Shown here: in pieces, positions 58,705 through 64,000 of the stretch
How the letters are laid out: each line of letters starts with the position of its first letter
Position numbering within the stretch: the stretch's first letter is position 1
Source of the DNA: Dehalococcoidia bacterium
GTDB taxonomy: Bacteria > Chloroflexota > Dehalococcoidia > Lucifugimonadales > Australimonadaceae
Reading direction: 5' to 3'
Length of the DNA: 64,000 bases
NCBI GenBank assembly: GCA_965116015.1
Contig: OZ220477.1
Span: forward strand, 2,020,339-2,084,338
Made by a program: the position numbers and the translations under genes
The notes under the pieces: model-generated
The model's database searches: none
Seen by the model: the letters and a program-made list of their open reading frames with translations, nothing else
What the model was told of the DNA's origin: nothing

Positions 58705-59187
58705 CTAGTTCACCTGTTCGTAGCGGCCCTCGTAGAAGACAAGCGCCCTGCCGTCGCCGTGGATGTAGGCCTCTTCAATCTCGGCGATGAACAAGGTGTG
58801 ATCGCCCGCCTCCACCTGCTGTTCGACGCGGCACACCATCACCGACAGGGCGTCGTCGAACAGCGCCATCCCGTGTTCGTGTTGCGCGTGGGCATCAGGC
58901 AGGCGTCGGCGCTCCTCCCAGCGGCCTCTTCCGTAGAAGTCCGCAAGCGCAGATTGATCATCCCTTAGGAAGTTCACCGCGAACCACCGCTCACGGTGCA
59001 GGTTCGCGCAGGTGTTGCCCGCTGTTGCGACGCTCAGCGCCAGCAGCGGAGGATCGAGCGACACCGATAGCACAGCGTTTGCTGTTGTTGCGTATGGGTC
59101 GCCCTCGACGGTGCGAGTAGTTACGACGGTGACCCCCGTCGGGAACCGGCGCCATGCGCGACGCAGCACGTCGGGCGTGACGGTCAT
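58705..59187 (-). CDS. Flavin reductase-like (FMN-binding split-barrel) protein
   Basis: 160 aa from 'MTVTPDV' with 'FPTGVTVVTT...ANAVLSVSLDPPLL'. The track ORF over-extends to 59589. Confidence 0.7.
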   Translation of the reverse strand: MTVTPDVLRRAWRRFPTGVTVVTTRTVEGDPYATTANAVLSVSLDPPLLALSVATAGNTCANLHRERWFAVNFLRDDQSALADFYGRGRWEERRRLPDAHAQHEHGMALFDDALSVMVCRVEQQVEAGDHTLFIAEIEEAYIHGDGRALVFYEGRYEQVN

Positions 59188-59189
59188 TT

Positions 59190-60053
59190 TTACAGCGCTC
59201 CAGCGGGCGCGCGGACTCCCAGCCACTCCGGAACGACCCGGAACAGGTCGTCTTCCTTGTTGTGCCAGCCGTGGTCGCCGCCCTCGAGATGCACCCACGT
59301 AACGTTGGATTTCCCCTCGCAAAGCGCCGCCATGTACTTGCCTGCGTCGCGCATGCGGGGGTGGGACTCCTCCGTGCCGGTCAGCACTAGCAGCGGACAG
59401 TCTATCTCGTTCGTGTGCGCTTTCGTAATGTCGTAATGCTCGGAGCAGTGACGATCGAGGTACACATCGGCAGAAAAGTAGGAGCCCGGATTTGGAAAGT
59501 CGACGAACATAATTTCGTGGCCGCGGCCTGCCTCGGCGAGCGCTTTCGCGGTCGCGTAATTGTGCAGGTGTTCCTCGCCCATCTCGCATGCGGCGTAGTA
59601 TTCATGGGAGAAGCGGAGCGGCGCGAGCGAAATGACTGCGGCCACGCGAGGGTCTTTGTTCTTCGCCTGCGCGAGCACGACCCGAACAGCCCCGAGGCTG
59701 CTTCCCCAGATGCCTATCCGCGAGTAGCCTCGGCTGACCATAAAGTCGACCATCGCCCGTAAGTCGAGGTGCGTCTCCGAGAGCTTTTCGTAGGCGTTCC
59801 CGGTGCGCGTCTTGCCTGCGCGACCTCCCACGACGTCGTGCCCTCTAGTGTTGAACAGCGCCGTTGGTATTCCCATGTCCCGAAGTTTCGCCGCGCGTGG
59901 GTTCGATGGCGACAAGTAGAAATTCCCCGCCGACCCGTGAACCATTACCATGGCGTCCACAAGCAAATCGCTGCGCGGCGCCTCCGGCTCGAGCACAATT
60001 CCGCTCAGCGTTACGTCGTCGATGGACTTCGCGTGTACTAAGTCAACTAGCAT
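59190..60053 (-). CDS. Alpha/beta hydrolase
   Basis: Nucleophile elbow 'GIWGSSLGA', 287 aa. Confidence 0.6.
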   Translation of the reverse strand: MLVDLVHAKSIDDVTLSGIVLEPEAPRSDLLVDAMVMVHGSAGNFYLSPSNPRAAKLRDMGIPTALFNTRGHDVVGGRAGKTRTGNAYEKLSETHLDLRAMVDFMVSRGYSRIGIWGSSLGAVRVVLAQAKNKDPRVAAVISLAPLRFSHEYYAACEMGEEHLHNYATAKALAEAGRGHEIMFVDFPNPGSYFSADVYLDRHCSEHYDITKAHTNEIDCPLLVLTGTEESHPRMRDAGKYMAALCEGKSNVTWVHLEGGDHGWHNKEDDLFRVVPEWLGVRAPAGAL

Positions 60054-60210
60054 TGCTCATCCTTTCTCTAGTTGCCGTTGCGTCTACCTGTTCGTATCGT
60101 CGTCAATTGCGCGGCTGCCTTGCAGGAACCCTAGCCTGCTTGCCCCACTGCGGGCAAGCTCTGGCCGGTGCCTTTAACGGTGGAGCGATGTTGAGCAGAG
60201 AGCCTAGCGG

Positions 60211-61509
60211 TCAAGGATTCAGGAGTTTGCGGAATCGCGCCTCCGACCGGTAAGGTCCGACGACCGACAAGCGGTAGGCTCTTGGCCCGAAGTAACGCCG
60301 TGCAGCAGATTCCAAGTCGTCTGTCTCGAGCTCGCGCAGCTCCGCAACTATCGCATCCGGAGTCCGCACTCGGTCGTGCAACAGCTCTTGAGTCCCCATC
60401 CAGCTCATTACCGCGCGAGTGTCCTCCATCCTCAGCTGAAGCCGCCCTACTGAGTACTCGACGGCGCGCGACAGCTCCTCTTCCGTAATGCGCTCCTGCG
60501 CCTTCTCCAACTCGCTGGTGATTGCTGCAATAGCAGCGTCGGCATTTCCCTTGTCCACCCCGCAGCCTACGACGAACGCTCCGCAGTCACTGAAGTGCAT
60601 TGCCCCACTGTGCACGTCGTAGGCCAAGCCCAGCCGCTCTCGGATCTCCATAAAGAGCCGGCTCGTCATGCCTTCGCCCAGCGTCGCGCTAAGCATATCA
60701 ACCGCGTACCGGTCGTCCGCCAACGCAGGTGCGCTCTCTACCGCAAGGCAGATGTGCGCCTGATCCGTGGAACGCCGCCCCAGCTCAACGCGCACTCCTG
60801 CCCCGTTCGTCTCCACAGGGCGCATAGGGAGCGTTCGCGACGCCCCGCCGCCGTCGAACAGTGCTCCAACTTTGGCGACGACCTCCTCGTGGGTGACATT
60901 GCCCGCTGCCGCCACCACGATGTTGGCAGGGACGTACTGTCTAGCGTGGTAATCGATGAGTTGCTGCCGCGTGATGCCATCTACGCTCTCTCGCGTGCCG
61001 CCAACGTCGCGGCCCATCGGCTGATCAGGCCACAGTGCGCGATCGATTAGCAGATCGGCGAACGCGTCAGGCTGGTCGTAGGTCATTGCAAGCTCTTCAA
61101 TGATGACCCCGCGCTCGCGCTCGACCTCCTCGGCGGCGAACAGCGGGTGGCGGCACATATCTGCCAGGACGTCGAGGGCGACATCGAAGTGATCGCGCGC
61201 CACTTTGGCATAGTAAACAGTCGCCTCGCGGTCGGAGCTCGCGTTGAACACGCCGCCAACCGACTCGATAGCTCCGGAGATCAGTTCCGGGGCAGGCCGT
61301 TTCGTGCTTCCTTTGAAGAGCACATGCTCGAGGAAGTGAGAAGCGCCGGCGATAGCGTCGTCCTCATACCGCGACCCTGTTCCTACAAATACGCCGGTCG
61401 ACACCGACCGAACATGGGGCATCGAGCTCGTCAGCAGACGGAGCCCGTTCGGGAAGATAGTTCGCTCGTACAACCCTAAATTTGTTCCTTTCATTTCAGC
61501 TCTGGACAT
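60211..61509 (-). CDS. M16-family zinc metallopeptidase (insulinase-like)
   Basis: Inverted zinc motif 'HFLEH' in 'GASHFLEHVLFKGS'. Confidence 0.85.
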   Translation of the reverse strand: MSRAEMKGTNLGLYERTIFPNGLRLLTSSMPHVRSVSTGVFVGTGSRYEDDAIAGASHFLEHVLFKGSTKRPAPELISGAIESVGGVFNASSDREATVYYAKVARDHFDVALDVLADMCRHPLFAAEEVERERGVIIEELAMTYDQPDAFADLLIDRALWPDQPMGRDVGGTRESVDGITRQQLIDYHARQYVPANIVVAAAGNVTHEEVVAKVGALFDGGGASRTLPMRPVETNGAGVRVELGRRSTDQAHICLAVESAPALADDRYAVDMLSATLGEGMTSRLFMEIRERLGLAYDVHSGAMHFSDCGAFVVGCGVDKGNADAAIAAITSELEKAQERITEEELSRAVEYSVGRLQLRMEDTRAVMSWMGTQELLHDRVRTPDAIVAELRELETDDLESAARRYFGPRAYRLSVVGPYRSEARFRKLLNP

Positions 61510-61654
61510 TCACCTGGCGCGGCGATGTCTAAACTTCGGCTGCGGCCGACTCCTGATGCGCGCCAATGGACGCCACGGGTGACCTTTGTGCGTTGCTTCG
61601 CTTGCCTTACGCCGATGGTATCCCAGCCCTGACCCGGCCGACAAACGACGCGCG

Positions 61655-62941
61655 CTAGACCGGCGTCAGCCTGCGCTGGCCGCCCATGTATGGAGCCAAC
61701 GGCTCCGGCAGTTCCACGCTGCCGTCGGGCTGCTGATACGTTTCGAGCAAAGCGATGATCACCCGAGGAAGCGCGAGTCCTGATCCGTTCAGCGTGTGCA
61801 CGAATTCCGTCCGCCCTCCGCGATCCTGCCGGAGTCGGATATTCGCGCGGCGCGCCTGGAAATCGGCGCAGTTCGAGCAAGAGCTCACTTCTAGCCATTC
61901 GTCCGACGCCGGAGTGTAAATCTCGATGTCGTAGCTCTTGACGGACTGGAAACCGAGATCGCCGCTGCACAGCTGAAGCGCGCGGAACGGCAGCCCCAGT
62001 CCGCGCACGACGTCCGATGCCTGCTCAACTAGCTCGTCGAGCGCGGCCATCGACGCGGCAGGCGCGACGAACTGGTACATCTCCACTTTCTCGAACTGGT
62101 GGACGCGCTTGAGCCCCCGCACTTGACTGCCCGCGGCTGCCCGCTCGCGACGGAAGCAAGGGCTGTGCGCCATATACCGGATGGGCAGCGCGTCGGCGTC
62201 GAGCAGTTCCCCCGCGTGGAGGCTTGTGAGCGGCGCCTCCGCCGTGGGGATCAGCCACAAATCCTCCTCCGCGTCGTGATACAGCGCGTCGGCGAACTTT
62301 GGCAGGTTGCCGCTGTTCTCCATCGTCTGTCCGAGCACGAGAAAGGGCACGCCCTGCTCGGTGTAGCCGTGCCGCTCGCGGTGCAGGTCGATCATGTACT
62401 GCGCGAGTCCGCGCTGCAGGCGCGCGCCCGTTTCGCCGAGCACATAGAACATCCTGCCGGACACCCGGGAGCCGCGTTCGAAGTCTGTTACTCCAAGCGA
62501 TTCCGACAGCTCCCAGTGCGGTTTGAGCGGGAAGTCGTATGACCGACGCGCGCCTTCTTCCCACGCCACGACGTTCTCCTCCGCATCGTCTCCGTCCGGC
62601 ACATCGTCCGACACCATGTTAGGGATCGTAAGCATCACAGCGCGGAACGACGCAGCAAGCTCGCGCTCCTCGTTCTCGAGCGCACCGAGCCGCCCGCCGA
62701 GCTCGCGGACTTCCTCCCGTTGCGTATTCGCCTCGCGGCCTCCGCCGCGCTTCATCAGCGCGCCTATCTGCTTGCTCGCCTCATTCCGCCGGGAGCGCAA
62801 CTCTTCCACCTGCGCCAGCGCATCCCGCCGACGCGCATCCAGCGCAACAAGATCGTCCACGACCGATGGGTCCTCGCGCCGACGCTCGAGCGACCGACGG
62901 ATGGCGTCGGGATTCCGCCGCAGCAAGTCGGCGCTAAGCAT
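61655..62941 (-). CDS. serS: Seryl-tRNA synthetase
   Basis: N-terminal coiled-coil arm, class II motifs '...FRRE...' and 'HTLNGSGLALPR'. Confidence 0.9.
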   Translation of the reverse strand: MLSADLLRRNPDAIRRSLERRREDPSVVDDLVALDARRRDALAQVEELRSRRNEASKQIGALMKRGGGREANTQREEVRELGGRLGALENEERELAASFRAVMLTIPNMVSDDVPDGDDAEENVVAWEEGARRSYDFPLKPHWELSESLGVTDFERGSRVSGRMFYVLGETGARLQRGLAQYMIDLHRERHGYTEQGVPFLVLGQTMENSGNLPKFADALYHDAEEDLWLIPTAEAPLTSLHAGELLDADALPIRYMAHSPCFRRERAAAGSQVRGLKRVHQFEKVEMYQFVAPAASMAALDELVEQASDVVRGLGLPFRALQLCSGDLGFQSVKSYDIEIYTPASDEWLEVSSCSNCADFQARRANIRLRQDRGGRTEFVHTLNGSGLALPRVIIALLETYQQPDGSVELPEPLAPYMGGQRRLTPV

Positions 62942-64000
62942 CGCGCTCTCCCACAGCTTGCCGTACTTGAGGGAAAAACATCACATCGCGGATAGTCCGC
63001 TGTCCTGCGATGAGCATCACCAGTCGGTCGATGCCAACGCCGAGCCCGCCTGTTGGCGGCATGCCGTGCTCTAGTGCTGTCAAGAAGTCATCGTCGAGCC
63101 GGTCGAGATCCTCACCCTGGTAGAGTTTACGCAGCTCCTCCTGGTCCACTAGTCGCTGTCGCTGCGCGTCGGGGTCGTTCAGCTCCGTGAACGAATTGGC
63201 AATCTCCATTCCTGCCGCGAATGCTTCGAATCGTTCAGCGTAGCGCGGGTCGTTCGGGCTTGCTTTAGCGAGCGGCGACATCTCCACCGGATAGTCGACG
63301 AGGAACGTAGGCTGCACGAGCTTCGGCTCGACGAACATCCCTACGAGCTTGTCGATCAGCCTGCCTCGGCTCTCCGCATACGTTGCGGGGGCGCCGAGCT
63401 CTCGCATCCGCTTGGCAAGCGACTGCGCGTCGGGATAGTCGTCGAGGTCAACTTCGGCGTAGTTGCGCACAGCGTCGTGCAGCGATATGCGCGGCCACCG
63501 GCCCGCAAGTTGGATGACCTCGCCGCCGAACTCGACGTTCGTGGAGGCAACCGCTCCCAACGCGACCTCCGGCACGAGCTGCTCGACCAAATCCATCATG
63601 TCATTGTAGTCGGCGTATGCCTCGTACGACTCCAGCATCGTGAACTCAGGATTATGGTTCGCGTCGATTCCCTCGTTCCTGAACACGCGGCCTATTTCGT
63701 ACACCTTGTCCATGCCGCCTACGATGAGGCGCTTCAGGTACAACTCGAGTGCGATGCGCAGAAACAACTGACGATCGAGCGCGATGTGCTGCGTAGCGAA
63801 CGGCTGTGCCATCGCGCCTGCAGGCACGGGGACCAGCGCCGGAGTATCGACCTCCAGATAGCCACGGCGATCGAAGAACGCCCGCACGGCCGAAATCGTC
63901 CTGCTGCGCGCCCGCATCGTCTCGTGCACATCGCGGTTCGCTATCAAATCCAAGTAGCGCTGACGGTATCGCTGTTCCACATCCCGCAGTCCGTGGAATT
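62934..64000 (-). CDS. lysS: Lysyl-tRNA synthetase, class II (5' end beyond the window)
   Basis: 'RQRYLDLI', 'RVFRNEG', 'PPTGGLGVGIDRLVM'. The N-terminal anticodon-binding domain is missing, so the gene continues past 64000. Confidence 0.85.
   Translation of the reverse strand, partial: FHGLRDVEQRYRQRYLDLIANRDVHETMRARSRTISAVRAFFDRRGYLEVDTPALVPVPAGAMAQPFATQHIALDRQLFLRIALELYLKRLIVGGMDKVYEIGRVFRNEGIDANHNPEFTMLESYEAYADYNDMMDLVEQLVPEVALGAVASTNVEFGGEVIQLAGRWPRISLHDAVRNYAEVDLDDYPDAQSLAKRMRELGAPATYAESRGRLIDKLVGMFVEPKLVQPTFLVDYPVEMSPLAKASPNDPRYAERFEAFAAGMEIANSFTELNDPDAQRQRLVDQEELRKLYQGEDLDRLDDDFLTALEHGMPPTGGLGVGIDRLVMLIAGQRTIRDVMFFPQVRQAVGERDA

Overview
High-GC bacterial chromosome segment. The taxon cannot be fixed without a database search. 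Thr/Pro-rich lipoprotein linkers and an nuoB-to-nuoN operon lacking nuoA/E/F/G are compatible with Chloroflexota-like genomes, but that is only a guess. All calls rest on motifs read from the supplied translations and on repeats and hairpins read directly from the DNA.

Two accessory regions sit in otherwise ordinary housekeeping DNA:

(1) 1-13264 is a mobile-element and defence patchwork.
- A 7.5-kb IS1595-family transposon (5062-12534) has perfect 27-bp terminal inverted repeats and an 8-bp target duplication.
- It carries a 1419-aa Type ISP-like Mrr-helicase-methylase gene and has split a lipoprotein/trypsin-like protease gene.
- The right end of a second, related transposon (1-3480) carries a DPPY methyltransferase.
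- Between the two elements lies a short DGQHR (DndB-like) gene.

(2) 31939-38613, next to tRNA-Val, holds a PLD-SNF2 helicase-nuclease fusion and an MmeI/PglX-like N6-adenine methyltransferase. This is a restriction-like module that does not match a canonical type.

Both large methylase genes are interrupted by a single in-frame stop codon sitting in the loop of a perfect 20-23-bp hairpin. In each case the downstream specificity-domain ORF is still in frame.

Other notable items:
- A TlpA-like thiol-disulfide oxidoreductase whose WCxxC first Cys codon is an in-frame TGA (candidate selenoprotein).
- prfB with the canonical CTT TGA C +1 frameshift site.
- A stand-alone 5S rRNA gene.
- Two 2-copy direct repeats that share a 61-nt period.

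Housekeeping content:
- Energy and metabolism: thiE, nuoBCDHIJKLMN, hppA, pfkA, speH/speE.
- Translation: rplS, rpsA, serS and partial lysS, four tRNAs.
- Other: clpC, radA, an ABC importer.

Many long ORFs in the supplied track are antisense artefacts of high-GC coding DNA.
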